DNA from: Octopus bimaculoides
Taxonomy: Eukaryota
Direction of reading: 5' to 3'
DNA length: 63,599 nt
Assembly: GCF_001194135.2 (NCBI RefSeq)
Contig: NC_068990.1
Coordinates: 67,499,696-67,563,294, forward strand
A program made the translations under genes and the position numbers. The notes beneath the pieces are model-generated. The model was given only the letters and a program-made list of their open reading frames with translations. It was not told the DNA's origin and searched no databases. This document shows, in pieces, positions 36,121-50,290 of the stretch (positions are counted from its first letter, which is position 1; each line of letters starts with the position of its first letter).

Positions 36121-38640
36121 TTCCATTTTTAACAAAGATTTCTCACAAAGACTTCACTAAACTTTCTGTTTTATTTTCAAGGTGTATGACTGTTTGTGAA
36201 TGTAAATGAGTGTGTATGTGTGTGTATCTGGATTTTAGAATAGGTAGACTGGGTGTCCCTATGTGTTGTAAAAAGGCATTTAAAAAGGATGTGACTGGAA
36301 GAGTAAACACGACCTTAGAAAAACCTGTCCAACACATGCCAGCATGCTAAATAGTTTATACAATGTTAATTGTGTGTGTATGTGTATATATATATATATA
36401 AGTATATATAATTATATATATATATATATATATATGCACATATAATTATATGTATATGTATGTATATATATATATAGATATAGATATGTATATGTGTGTA
36501 TGTATATATATATGTGTGTGTATGTATGTATATTTATGTATGTATGAATGTATGTATACATGTGTATATTACACACATATGCTCACCCCCATTCATATAT
36601 ATATATACATTTATATATAAATATGTCTGTGTGTGATAAAGAGAGAAAGATTAAACTGTATTACATTAATCCTAGTGACACTGACTTGCATTTTTTAAAT
36701 ATTTATTTTCTTTAACCCGTTTATTACACAAAGGCTGGCAATGTATTTCAAAAGAAATTATCCTTTTGAAATACGCTACTTTTGTTTCAATTAATTATGG
36801 AAAATGAAGAATTTTTAGTAAAATAACTTTCTCATTATTAAGCATGTTCTCAGAACTTAAATTAATCTGATATTTTAGAAAAACAATACTACACACCTAC
36901 TGCTTATAACACACAACAGAAACCTGACATAGTAGAAATACCTTTCAGGTGTGTGTGTATGTGTGTGTGTGACTCAGTGGTGGTCTTTCCTATATGCATG
37001 TGCAAGTACACACATACATGTAACTCTATGTATAGAGTATGAAAGCATCCAGTTATGTAGAAGTTACAACTCACAATTCAAACATTCATATCTAGTGTAG
37101 ATATTTTAAAGTTATTAGAGTGTGGTGAGCTTGTAGAGCTGTTAGCATCTTGGACAAAATGTCTTGCTGCTTCTCTTCCAGCTCTTTACATTCTGTGTTC
37201 AAATTTCACTGAAGTCAAACATTACTGTTCATCCTTTCAGGATCAGTAAAAAAACAGTAGTACTTGCCAAACGTTGTGGATGATGTAGTTGACATCAATT
37301 TACCCATTCCTAATAAAATTTCAGGCTTTGCAAGTACAGTAGAAAAAATTTTTAAATCTCTTGGCCAGACCAATTTTTTTGTGATGAGAAATTTAGTCCT
37401 TGCAGGAGGTGAACTACAAGGACTGAAAAAATTCCCATGTTTTGTAAATTGAAATAGTTTAAAATGCTTTAGCTTGTCAAGAGCAATGGCAAAAGAAGAA
37501 CACTGACATCAACATCCAAACTATTTTCTTTTCTCTTTAAAAAAGAGGCGAAAGAGTTTTGATAATCCTTTTTTTAGGTTCCATTGTTTGTTGGAGAAGA
37601 TTTGTGATTGACATTTTTCACAGATCAACCAACAAAGAGTTAGTACTGAATAGCAGTTACCTATTATTGATTTGCATCTAATTCGGGAGGCATGTGTCTC
37701 CATCCTTATCACTAAATATCATAGTAATTGAAAGTTAAATACTATTTTTATAACTATATTCATCTCATAAAGTTTGGATCATTTTATGTCAATTTTTTCT
37801 ATGCCAGCATGGATTAGATGACTGTTTTAATGAGGCATTGCTTTAGAGTTGGAGGCCTTCCTGTTGATAACCCTTACTCATTTTCCAAGTAAAAGATCCC
37901 TTGTTGCATACACCTTTGAAAGATTTTTGACAAGGGAGAAAAATAAGAATTTTACTGCTTGTAGTTCAGCAACTATTAGAGTGTACACAGATGCATATTC
38001 AGAGAGATGCATACGCACACACACAAACAACAGGTTTCTTTCAGTTTCTATTTATCAAAACCATTCATAACGATTGGTTCACCTCATATTTTAATCAAAG
38101 ATACTAGCCCAAGGTGTTGCACTGTGGGACTAAACATAAAATCATATGGTTTGGATGCAACCATGCCAGTACATTTTTCAATGAAAATTATATATTTCGA
38201 TTAAGAAAATGCTATTTTTTTTGTCAATAGGATTTTACAACAAAATGTTACATTAATATCTCACAAGTGATGTGTTTAAGTATAAATATCTGTGTCTGTT
38301 TCAATGTGTATGTATGTGTGTGTGTATGCATGTGAGTTTGCATCATTACGCACATATTTCAAAATATTCCATTTGTTTGTGCATGATTCTAGTTAGAAGA
38401 CGAAAAACTCAAAGGAAAATATAAGGCATACATACACACACGTGTATATATGTGTGCGTGAACGTCAAAATACACGTGTGTCATAAGTATCAACATTTAA
38501 CATCTGTTTTCCAAGCTGGGATGGGTTTGATGGCTTGACAGGAACAGGCAAAGCTAAGAGCTGCACCATATTCTATAGACTGTTTTGGTTTGGTTTCTAT
38601 GGCTGGATGCCCTTCCTAATGCCAATCATTTCACTGTGCA

Positions 38641-38736
<96 letters not shown>

Positions 38737-39102
38737 TCAGTAAATGGTGGAGTTGTGTTAACCGCATGTGGAGAAATAATAGGAAAATAAAAAATAATAA
38801 TAATAAGGCAGAATGCTAAACTGAAAGCATATTTTAATATAGATGTGCATAAGGAGGATTAAAAAGAATTTGTAACCGGATTTCATTGCATGGCAAATTT
38901 TCAAGAAGAGGGAAAATGAAAATAATGTTTTTTACAAAAAATATAAAAAAATATATAAAAAAATAAATATACCAATACATTATATTGTCTTTGAATTTTT
39001 AAATTTCAATGGTAATCCATGTAGCTAATTGTTAGCTAGATTAGGATGCATAGAATTAAGAATGGTGTTGTGTTTAAAAAATGCTGAGAGTTTATGTGTT
39101 AA

Positions 39103-39205
39103 ACAGGAAGTGCGGTGTCAAAACAGGAAGTGTGTGTAAGGGAAGACAATTCTATGGGTTTTATACTCTTTAGTTGGAGTTCTGGACTCCTTGTCAACAG
39201 GAAGT
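39103..39205 (+). promoter_or_regulatory. Cluster of three ETS-type sites (ACAGGAAGT)
   Basis: Exact 9-mers at 39103, 39123 and 39197; function untested. Confidence 0.3.
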
Positions 39206-39877
39206 TTATGTCTGTTCTTAGAGAAACAAGAAGTAAATTTATATGTATTTCAATGGGTAGGCGAGAGAAGGGAATATGGTCACTGAGGAGTTTGTATGTT
39301 AAGAAGCGTTTGGAATTTCTCTATAAAAAATTCTCCTTGTTGATTCTTTCCTGTGTAGAGATTCTATCTTTACATTGATAGAAAGGGAATATAAGGAATT
39401 TAGGGTTTTTATTTTCTATGACTAGGGCCCTTTCTGATCCCAATCTTTACATGCTTATGAGGAAAGCCAGATGTGCTTACAGAATATTGGAAATATATCA
39501 TACTGCTTATATGGCAGTGACACTCATTTACAACTATCTCACTATGTTAAGACAAGGATTTATAGCCAGACAGACGAACAAACACATACACACAAACACA
39601 ATGGGCTTCTTTTAGCTTCTGTCAATGATATACACTCACAAGGCTTTGGTCAGACCAGGGTTGAAGGCACTTGCATAAAGTACCACACAGATGGACTCAA
39701 TTCAAAACCACATGACTGGGAAGCAGACACCTTAACCACATAGCCATATCTGCCCCTTGGCAGCAATATACATTATATCAACTTTATCAAGTAAGGAAAG
39801 AATATGAGATTTTAGCAAAGTTTGTATGCAGAGATATATGGAAAAAATTCTGCAATGTGATGTATGTGTGTATATTT

Positions 39878-39908
<31 letters not shown>

Positions 39909-39928
39909 CACACATACACATATATACA

Positions 39929-39960
<32 letters not shown>

Positions 39961-40409
39961 CGCACACGCACACATATATGTATGTGTGTATATATATATA
40001 TTTACATACACCCTGTTAAGCAAGAGGCCTTAGAGTGAGAACAGAGATAGAAATTATTTAAAATGAATGCATGCAATTAGGTAGAAGACCAATGCTTTAT
40101 AGGAATCTGGCATTGTTTTAACTGTGAAACCTTTCAATATTACTGATGTCACTAGAATCCATTTGGACGGACATGTGTGTAAATTTTGAAAAAATAAAAC
40201 AAAAATTTCTTCCATTTGGTTTGTAGCTGATAGACAAAATGAAGAGGTAATTAGTCACATGTTTTAGTATACTGATTCATAAGCTTGTTTTTCATTGGTT
40301 AATTTAGGAAAAGATGCCCGAAGTTTTGCTGGTTTGACTAACCAAAACCTGAGTCACTCATGACATTTACCATGTTTCAATTCTGAACACATGCTATACA
40401 TATATATAT

Positions 40410-40802
40410 ATCTTTAATCTCTTCAACTTCTTTCAGTCATCTGACTATGACCATGCTGAGGCACCACCTTGAAGAGTTTTAGTTGAACAACTTGATACGG
40501 AGGACTTACTTTTTTAAGCCTAGTCTTTCGTTTATTGGTCTCTTTTGCTGAACTATCAAGTTACAGGTAAGTAAACATGCCAACGCTGGCTGTCAAGTGG
40601 TGGTGGAAGACAGACACAGGCACAAAAACTCATACATAGTTATATAAATATATATATATTATGGGCTTCTCTCAGTTTCTGTACCACATCCACTCAGAAG
40701 GTTTTGGTTGGCCCAAGGCAAAAGTAGAAGACACTTGCCTAAGGTACCATGCCGTGCGACTGAACTTGGAATCATGTGGTTGGAAAACAAGCTTCTTACC
40801 AC
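40410..40802 (-). mobile_element. SINE family A complete copy
   Basis: Tail TTTCAGTCATCTGACTATGACCATGCTG..., head ...GTAGAAGACACTTGCCTAAGGTACCATGC...AAGCTTCTTACCAC. Confidence 0.75.
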
Positions 40803-41039
40803 ACACACACACACATACACACACACACACACATACACACACACACACACACACATATATATGCTTATATATTCTTATATATGTATATATGAATGTATAC
40901 GTTAAAATTTTAAAAATAATAATTGCAGTTATTTTGACATCTATAGGTTACCAGTTTTTGTGTTTTTGAATGACTAATAGGTGTCTCTCAGGTTGTAATT
41001 GTGTTAGTTTCAACACACTGTCTCACACAAAATAATAAA

Positions 41040-41404
41040 ATATCTTTTATAAAATTCAGGCAGTGGATCAAACCAGATATTGCTACAAGACAATTCTGGT
41101 TCATGTACTACATGTATGAAATCCCTGTTCTATGCCAACCTCCAATGTATTGAAATTATAAAAGTATTCTATGAAATTTTATATCTTAAGAGTTGAGGAA
41201 ATATGTAGATCAGGGAGGATTGTATATTTGTTTGTGACAAATATAAGATACAAGAAGTGCAAAATTTGTTTCACCTAAAACACTACCTGGACCCTAAGTA
41301 AAGCACGTGTAAAATTTGAATGAAATTGGTTGTGTAGTTCTCAAGTTTTAGGGATTCACACAGACAGACTCACAGACACACATTCTCATCTTTATATATA
41401 TAGA
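41040..41404 (-). mobile_element. Non-autonomous Helitron-like element
   Basis: Minus strand starts A|TCTATATATATAAAGATGAGAATGTGTGTCTG...CCAATTTCATTCAAATTT, the typical TC-start of short Helitrons. The 3' end was not resolved. Confidence 0.5.
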
Positions 41405-41866
41405 TAAGTATTGTAATATGAAGTCAAGAGATAAACTGAAGCAAATTAATAATGTGGAAGTTAGATTATGGTAGTGTGTGGCAGAGTGATTCTGGTTTTG
41501 CACTGACAATTGCAAGATTATAGATTTTTCCCAGATCTGGAGTTGTATAGTGTTCTGGAGTGAAACACTTCATTTCATGTTGCTCCAGGTCATTTAGTTA
41601 TAAATAAATAATCCAACACTAGACTGATGTCTTGTTCAAGGGGAATGTTGAGATCTTGGTCATGCCATAGAAATTGAGGAGCTAGTTCTATGAGCCCTGG
41701 AACCTGAGACTGTAAAGTCCAGGGTTGATGATGATGAATTAGATTGTCTCAAAGAAAACAGCTTTATTCCAGCATATTTTTTCCTACTGCTTAAACATCG
41801 GAATGGATGTATATACCATATAAAATAGGTGGCTGCTGAATAATTAATGTGAAGTTTAATGGTTAA

Positions 41867-42437
41867 CCCTTTAGCTTTCAAACCAGCCATACCTGGCCCA
41901 AATAAAGGGTAAAGAGCCCCCCCCCCCCCTCATTCATCAATGATCATGGGATTGCACCTAGAAAGTTCCACTCTGAGGTATAAGTCCAGGCAGGTTTGTT
42001 TATGAAAGACCAGCAATCACTTATGCATACCAGCCTTTCCTCTCCATGCCACTGATGTTATCCAAGGGAAAGGCAAAGGCTGATACAACTTGGCACCAGT
42101 GATGTCACAACTCATTTCTACAGCTGAATGAACTGGAGCAACATGAAATAGTGTCTTGCTCAAGTAAACCACACACGGCCTTGTCTGGGAATCAAACTTA
42201 CTACCTCATGATTGTAGGCCTGATGCTTTAACCACTGAGCCATCCAAATATCCAAATATTCTACCTATTTTATGTTTAAACTGGCCAGATCTGGCCTCTC
42301 ACAACTAACCTACAATGCTATTGAAGAAAAAAAAAACAATTGCATCTCAAAGTTATGAAATAATGTATGATCAATTAAAAGCAATATGAATAAAAGATAT
42401 TATGTTAGACAGAGTAATTAATCTGAAGGCTAAAGGG
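41867..42437 (-). mobile_element. piggyBac-like MITE split by a SINE
   Basis: TTAA|CCCTTTAGC at the left, GCTAAAGGG at the right; the interior continues seamlessly on either side of the SINE. Confidence 0.7.
41905..42243 (-). mobile_element. SINE (family D) nested in a MITE, 7-bp TSD CCAAATA
   Basis: CCAAATA at 41898-41904 and 42244-42250. tRNA-like head at 42180-42243 (GGGAATCAAAC...AACCACTGAGCCAT). Confidence 0.7.
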
Positions 42438-43915
42438 TGAGTCAACTAGGATTCAAATCCTTTTGACTTTAACTAAAGATTTTAATGATTCACAAATTTA
42501 TTAATAATTACTAGTAATATGATTGGTAGAACTATTAAAGCCTCATGTAGCCTAGAGAATATTTTCTACATAAATCCCTTTCAGTACTGGGTGAGCAACA
42601 TCTGCAAGACTCTCTGGTTAAGAAGTTCACTTTGTATTCACATATTTTTCTGTTCATTTCCACTGTACAGCACCTTGGGCATGTGTCTGCTAATTGAACC
42701 CCAGGCCAATGAATGCCTTGTGAGTGAATTTGGTAGATGGGAATTGTGTGAAAGCTCATCCTATATATATTTATATATAACTGGTACTCCATCAGTAACT
42801 ATACATCTCCAAGGGCTCCAGTTGATCTGATTAATGGAACAACCTGCTCATAAAATTAACATGCAAGTGGTTGAGCACTCTACATACACATGTGTGTGTG
42901 TGTAAGAGTGTAATAAATGTGTGTCTCTTTATGTTTGCCGTGCCCCACACCACCACTGTTTGATGTGTAGTGTTGGTTTGGTTATGTCCACATAATTTAG
43001 TAGTTTGGCAAAATTGTCTCATAGAATAAGTGCCAGACTTAAAAAAATACAAGTACTGGGGCTGATTTGTTCAACTAAAAGCCCCTCAGAGAAGTGCCCC
43101 AGCATGGCTGTAATCCAATGACTGAAACAAATAAATGATAAACCAGAGCTGAATGAAACAGCTATCCAAAAACAAAAGATAAATGACAGTTTCTGTCACA
43201 CACACACACACTAAGATAGAAATAGTAAGAAATGTTATGATTCATATCTTATTGAAGGATATTCATAAAAATGATACTGACAAATAAACATGTATTTGAA
43301 AAGATATATATATAGAAAGATAGAAAAGAAAAAGACAACACTGAATATATATATATAGATATAATTTTTTTTTTAAATGGAGGAATAAAAGAAGTGAAAG
43401 CCATTGAAAGCGACATCCACATCACAACCATATCACTAAATTATTTCAAACAATAAATTATATATATAAATATATATATATATGGAATTTATTCAGATAT
43501 TTTCAGTCAACTTCAGATCATTTCAACCATATTGTTGTTGTATACTTTCGATTTTAGTTATTTACATTTTTGCTTTTCAGAATCCATAGAGTATGCTGAG
43601 ACTAAATGCCAGAAATGAAAATATAATACATACATACACATAAATAAATAAATATATATATCATACACATGTATATATATATATATATATAAATATTATA
43701 CATGTGTATATGTATATATTTATATATATATATTATACACGTGTATATAAATATATGTATGTATGTCTATGTATACTTATATGTATATATGTCTTAATAT
43801 AGCAATAATGTATGAACACGGGAAATGAAAAGAAGCTCAAAAGAAATATTAAAGATACAAGGAAAAGGACATAGAATAAAAAGCAAAAGAAGAGAAACAG
43901 GTGACACTCACTCAC

Positions 43916-44095
43916 CTTTCTCACAGCTAGGCTCTCTCCCATCCCAAGCGCCATCTGATGTGCATTTTCGTATTGCTCGCCCAGCAAGAAAGAAGCCAGT
44001 TGAACAAGTATATTTCGCCGAGGTCCCAATTATATTGGGTTGTAAAATATCCACATGACCATTGTCAATTGGGGGAAGCAGTGGGCACCCGGCAT
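43916..44095 (-). CDS. Internal exon encoding one complete Sushi/CCP (SCR) domain of an unidentified extracellular protein
   Basis: Minus-strand translation (D)AGCPLLPPIDNGHVDILQPNIIGTSAKYTCSTGFFLAGRAIRKCTSDGAWDGREPSCEK(G). It has the 4 Cys, C-x-x-P-P-I-x-NG, Y-x-C-x-x-G-F-x-L-x-G and W-x-G-x-x-P-x-C pattern of CCP modules. Flanked by acceptor ttcatttcgcctag and donor AAAG|gtgagt; 180 nt, phase 1-1, typical of Sushi exons. Confidence 0.92.
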
Positions 44096-46045
44096 CTAGG
44101 CGAAATGAACACATCGAATTCCGGGGTAAGAAATTTAAGTTGAAAAAAATAGTTTGCAAAAAAATGACATAGTGTTGCTGACAAACACCATCAATGAGAG
44201 GCAGATTCATCTGTGCTTTTAAAATTAAACTCGATAATCAACAGATGCTTCTTAGATGAGATCGAAATCAATTGAAATATGGCTGCAGGTATATAAAAAT
44301 ATACTTTGCAGATAATTTTGCTGAAAGTAGTGCCAGATACATTAATAGGTTTTCCAAATTTTTTGAAGCAATTTTGAATCAAAATCCAGTTGCATTATAT
44401 CTGGTTAGGAAATGCATATATGTTTTTGTGTGTCTCTCTAAGTGTGTGTATGGATATAAACGTAGAGGTAAGAGCTATTATTTATAAAGTAGAGGCTTAA
44501 TGACATAAGCAAGGGTTATTTCTGTCATTATAAAGCTGAACTCTATCCAGTTCACCTAGATATCAATAGATACCAAGGAGGTACTTAGGATCTGGGAAGA
44601 GCAACATAAAACTATTGATTATTTAAATGATTACATATATTAAATGAAGTTTACTTTCGGTGATCCCTTTCCTGTGAGACATGTGTACAAATTTACAGAC
44701 AATTATATCGCAAAATAATCCCATAAAAAGCTCAAGAAAGTCATACCATTTAATCTCATAACACATACATACAAAATAACAAACAAACAAGCAAATAACT
44801 TATTATGATTGAATATTTTTTGTGATTCAGGGACGATGTTTGGGTTATCAATTGAATTTTAGGAATGATGCTCTGTCAATGGAATTTTTAAACATTTTAT
44901 GAGCCATATGTTGGGTTTTACTGCCATCTATTTCTGGATGATATCAATACTATATTGAAAGTGAAGAATGGAGCATGGAGAATGTTTGATACTTATTGTT
45001 TGAGAACAGAATGGGTTGTAGAAACATTTTGATAAAATTGTATCCTCTGATTATAGAAGTCTCGCTATGTATAGCATAACAGGTACTAGAAAATTTCACT
45101 ATCTAGATATTTAACTCCATGAAGAAGCAGATATTGTTCACTAAAGCAGCTAATGTTTGTTAGCTGCTTTAGTTACTTTCCAATTAAAATGTAATGTCTA
45201 TTGTAGAAGTTAAGAGTCTTTCTTGAAAATAACTTCAACTTGGGAGATTTGTGAATTAAGAGGTTAGGACAGTTATCTCACATGATTGAATGTAATGTTG
45301 ACCAAACAGTGAAAGTGAAGATATCCAAAAATGTAACAGGTACTCTATACATAAGTCAAGGTAACTTGCATAATAAATTAACTATGCAAACGATCACAAT
45401 AATCATAGGAAAGATACATAGAATGAGAGAGAGAGAGAGAGAGAGAGAGTTTGCCTGTGGGACAGAGGTTTGAGTGTGCCCACTACTGACTGAATACCAA
45501 TCAGTCAAGTGAAGTAAGAGTGATTGGATTGAGCAAATACACTTTATTGCATAATGCTCTGATTGTTTCATCCCCGCTTTACAAGCAGACACTTGTTGGG
45601 AAACTGCCTTTGGTTGCCAATACCCATAGACAGAGCTTTGTAAAGCAAACTATAGGGTTCATACTTAAATTGATATATGTATTCACACGTGTGTGTGTCC
45701 CCATATATCAAGCAATTCCATTTTTTTTAGAGTCTGTATGAAAATAAATGTATAAATGCATATATTTATACATATAAAAATGTATGTATATACATATATA
45801 CATATATATTTACATGCTCACCCTCTCTCTCTTAAATACACACACACACTCAGGGAAAAACGCACTAGCTAAAAGAAAAATAGAGCAGATGTATTTTTAT
45901 ACTTTTATATTGTCATGTAGTATATTGCTGGTAATGATATTTGACTGGTCAGAATGTTACTACTATTTTGTGTCCACTGTTGCATATGGCAATGTTGATA
46001 AACCTCCAGACTAGCAAGAAATACATAACCTCTTATATGCCAAAG

Positions 46046-46087
<42 letters not shown>

Positions 46088-47000
46088 CTGGTTTGCTGGA
46101 TTTGTTTAACTATTAGAACAGCTTAAGCCATATCTGAATAGTTGTTACATGCTATTCATGTTTGGCTGAAACAAGATTCATACTAAAACGTTACATGATC
46201 TGGTTGCCTGTTTGAATTTCAAAAGTGAAATATTTTGTAGCTGTCCTCATGAAAGAAAACACAAATTGACAATGTGGTTGTCCCTTTTTTCAGACCAGAA
46301 AATGACAAACATCTATGCATGCAGCAGCTTACATTTTTCAATCACAGTTGACATTGTTCTATGAAAGGCAACACTTCTTTCCCTCTTGGAAAATTAAATT
46401 TTCACTGCATTTTAGCTCTGCTACTCGCAGCAAGCAAAGCAAGACTATATATATACCACAGGTACTAAAGAGGCTATGACATTTCAAAGGCCTTCAAGAC
46501 AAGGTGTGGTAGGAGGAAGAAAGATTTTCTCAAATCTGAGACTTGGCCTGAATGCTTGTAACATAGTGAACTCCACTACATACACTGAAGATGCTAAACT
46601 AAACAGTGGCTTAAGACCACCACCCACATAATCCTTGGTGGGATTTGAACTGAAAGCAGAAATAATCAGAAAAACACTACAAAATATTCTGTCTGATGCT
46701 GTAATAACTGCACCAATTACTCGTGCTTATAATTATGCCTTTAAAATTAAACAATTAAGACTTGAGTTCTTTTGATCATGACAACATTTGGAACAAGACT
46801 ACATGTAAAATTTTTAAAGCTTTAACCATTGCTTACTTTGCCAATATGTGGAAACAAGACTTTAAATTTCAGTCTTTTACTTTTTCTTTAGCACTGTATT
46901 AGAGAACAGTCATATTTTTACTCTGTTCTTTGGATATGTTTATTCTTATGATTCTAAGTTTATTTCCCTTGTACACATTATAATAATAATAATAATAATG

Positions 47001-47032
<32 letters not shown>

Positions 47033-47679
47033 TATTATTATTATTATTATTATTATCATTGTTGTTGTTGTTATTATTATTATTGTTATTAATGTCATTG
47101 TTCTAGACTCACTTATTAATATTAAACAGATATTTTTCATATTACTAAGCTTTACATTTCATATTCTACCAGATTATTCATGAAAGAATTTCAGATCTGC
47201 ATATATGAGTCTGTGTGTGTATGGTTGTGAGTTTGTGCAGGTGTATGTGTGTGTGTGCATGTGTGTATATAGAAAGCCAAATAGACACAACTATACGTAT
47301 ATGTGGTAAAGATGGTAGGCCTGGATGTACACATTTATAACTGTTTGAGAGTTGTTACATAACGTGTAATGTATAACTGGACAAAAACAGCAAGCATTTT
47401 CTTACACAACAACATACATGCACAAGCTCACACACATGGATATATATATACATATAATGTCTCAATCTGTCTATATCTAAGTATATAATATAAAACATGG
47501 CTACTGATTGAAGAAACAGTACTCAGCACATACAGATTGACAGAGAGATAGAGAGATAAATGTAAATATATACATATAGTTATATATACATATGTGTATG
47601 TGCACACCCACAGAGACATGTATGTGAGAGTGTGCATGTATATACATACATATGTGTGAGAGTGTGTATATATGTACAC

Positions 47680-47780
<101 letters not shown>

Positions 47781-48130
47781 AACATTTGTGGTATATTGTG
47801 TGAAAGAACACATTGTACCATACCATTGTTTTACTAATGTAATGCAATATGAAAATATTTTATTTCATTCTGAAGAACAGGTCACAGAAAGAAAAGACAC
47901 ACATGTGAACAGATAAAGAAAAGCAGTCAGTGTGATGGTCAAATATAGAATTAATACTGTTAGCAGCGTTTTTTCCCATCTCTATATTTAGTTATTATTG
48001 TCATGATTACTTTTGTCTTTTTTATTTGATCATATCAACACACATACACACGCTCGTAAATGCATATATAGATACGTGTGCAAATACATATCTATCTGTC
48101 TGTCTGTCTATTTCTCTCTCTTTTTGTCAT

Positions 48131-48175
<45 letters not shown>

Positions 48176-48477
48176 NNNNNNNNNNNNNNNNNNNNNNNNN
48201 NNNNNNNNNNNNNNNNNNNNNNNNNNNNNNNNNNNNNNNNNNNNNNNNNNNNNNNNNNNNNNNNNNNNNNNNNNNNNNNNNNNNNNNNNNNNNNNNNNNN
48301 NNNNNNNNNNNNNNNNNNNNNNNNNNNNNNNNNNNNNNNNNNNNNNNNNNNNNNNNNNNNNNNNNNNNNNNNNNNNNNNNNNNNNNNNNNNNNNNNNNNN
48401 NNNNNNNNNNNNNNNNNNNNNNNNNNNNNNNNNNNNNNNNNNNNNNNNNNNNNNNNNNNNNNNNNNNNNNNNNNNNN

Positions 48478-48532
<55 letters not shown>

Positions 48533-50039
48533 TACATGTACACACACACATTCATGTAGTTATACATGCATGATTCTTGTGTGTGTGTGTGTGTGTGCAC
48601 AAGCACATTCTCCCTTATGGAAGTTCAAATGCAGATATATATATATCGGTGAAAAGAAAACTTTATATATGTGGTATGACGTGGATTCTTGTTTGAATAT
48701 ATATGCATAAATGAATGCATATTTGAAAATCTGAATTGGTAAACTTTATTTGCCCACAAATGATATTATTTTGTTTGGTGACTTATAAATTTTTCTGTCA
48801 TATAAAGATCTAAAAAGTTTCTAGTAATTAGGGCTGAAACATATGACAGAATGAAAAAACAAGAAAAGAAGAGAATGCTGTTCTTACAAATGAAATTTTA
48901 AAATGATTGAATGATAAGGAAACAGGAATTACATACTAAGCTTCATTATCTTACAGCTGCTTGAGAAAGCAATTAAGTAACTTATTGGCTGTATCTCTAA
49001 TGAAAATCAATTAAGAAACACACCACCAACAGTAAATTGCAACACTTCTCACCTGAAGATCACAGACACATGAAACTGAAGCTACAAGACAATTTCTTAG
49101 TTTCAGTTTCAATAAGAAATCCATGTCTTCTACAACATTTATTGAGCAAGCCCCTCTTGTTTGCCTTGTATAATCCAGTGTCACACTCACACACACACAT
49201 ACACATTTATATAGCAACAAAAATCAAGTGTGAAAACTAAATTAGACTGAAATGTAAAATACAAACTTTATATAATCATGAACTACTTCCAAACTTGATA
49301 ATCACAACTGGTATATGTATTGAAAGGTAAGTAACGTTTTAATGTAGCAACACTATTTCTTTGGCTGCTTGAATTTCCATTTGAATCAAAACACAATTTA
49401 AAGTAAAATGACTGACTTATTAAGTCTATAATGCCTGCATAAGGATTATAATTTAATATTCAAAGACCCTAGTTCCAATTTAGCCCTTTTGATCCCAATC
49501 TGCTTGAGACTGCCCTTAATTCAACAATACAAATTATCTGTTGTAAAGTGATCTAAAACCCTTTTGTCAAAGTTTTGTGTTGATTTACATTCCAGACATC
49601 AGTTTTATAATGATGGTTATAGTAATGAAAGTGTTAGCCATTAATACTCTGACAAGGTGTCGAATACATAGCTACATTTAATGGTCATTTAAAAAAAAGA
49701 TTTGATGTATTTTAAAACTACAAGTCTGATTTATAAAAACTATTGATCTCATAGTCTACAAAAAGTAGATACCTTGTTATTGGACATACAAATGGTAAAA
49801 TATTCAGCTTGGATGATTTTATCTGTTGATGTACTGGGCACTAGTTTTAGTCATTTTTCATATCCTTTATGAAGTTTAGTCTCCTGAAATCAACATGGAG
49901 GCCTTTGAAGCATTTGAAATAATTAATTTTACAGTTAATTTTACTGCTAACTACTTCTGAGATATGAAATGAAATAGATATGAAATCTTTCTCCCTTGTC
50001 AACCTGCCTATGATCCACTACACTGTGAATGATTCCTAC

Positions 50040-50290
50040 CTTCTTTGATGTACATGAAGTACTACTGCTTTCCTGATGGCTCTACAGATCTGTTCTCTTC
50101 CATTAAAACTTTAGTCTTTGTTAGGTTTACTTCCTTGGTTACAAACTTTGCTTCTATCTTGGACAAATTCAGTCAAGTCATCAACAGGAATTTCAATAAA
50201 CAGGTGTTGTTAATCTCCTCTTGTCAGGAGAATTTAACTAAATAGGCAGGTTTGAGAACCAAGCTTCAAAAGTCTCCTGAGTCATACAGT
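50040..50290 (-). mobile_element. Decayed LINE RT fragment
   Basis: Minus frame NLSKIEAKFVTKEVNLTKTKVLM (GLKVN..KTKV-like), preceded by a VDDL-like stretch. Confidence 0.45.

Noticed and set aside
37330-37420. Minus frame LLQGLNFSSQKNWSGQEI resembling a Sushi C-terminus
   Set aside because: No cysteines and an immediate stop; likely chance.
43733-44210. Full 100-aa ORF 43908-44210 as a single-exon gene
   Set aside because: Only 43916-44095 is domain-like and it is bounded by splice sites; the flanks are intronic read-through.
49051-49190. Minus-strand exon candidate ending CAG|gtgaga (MDFLLKLKLRNCLVASVSCVCDLQ)
   Set aside because: No acceptor or recognisable domain, and phase 0 does not fit the phase-1 Sushi exon.
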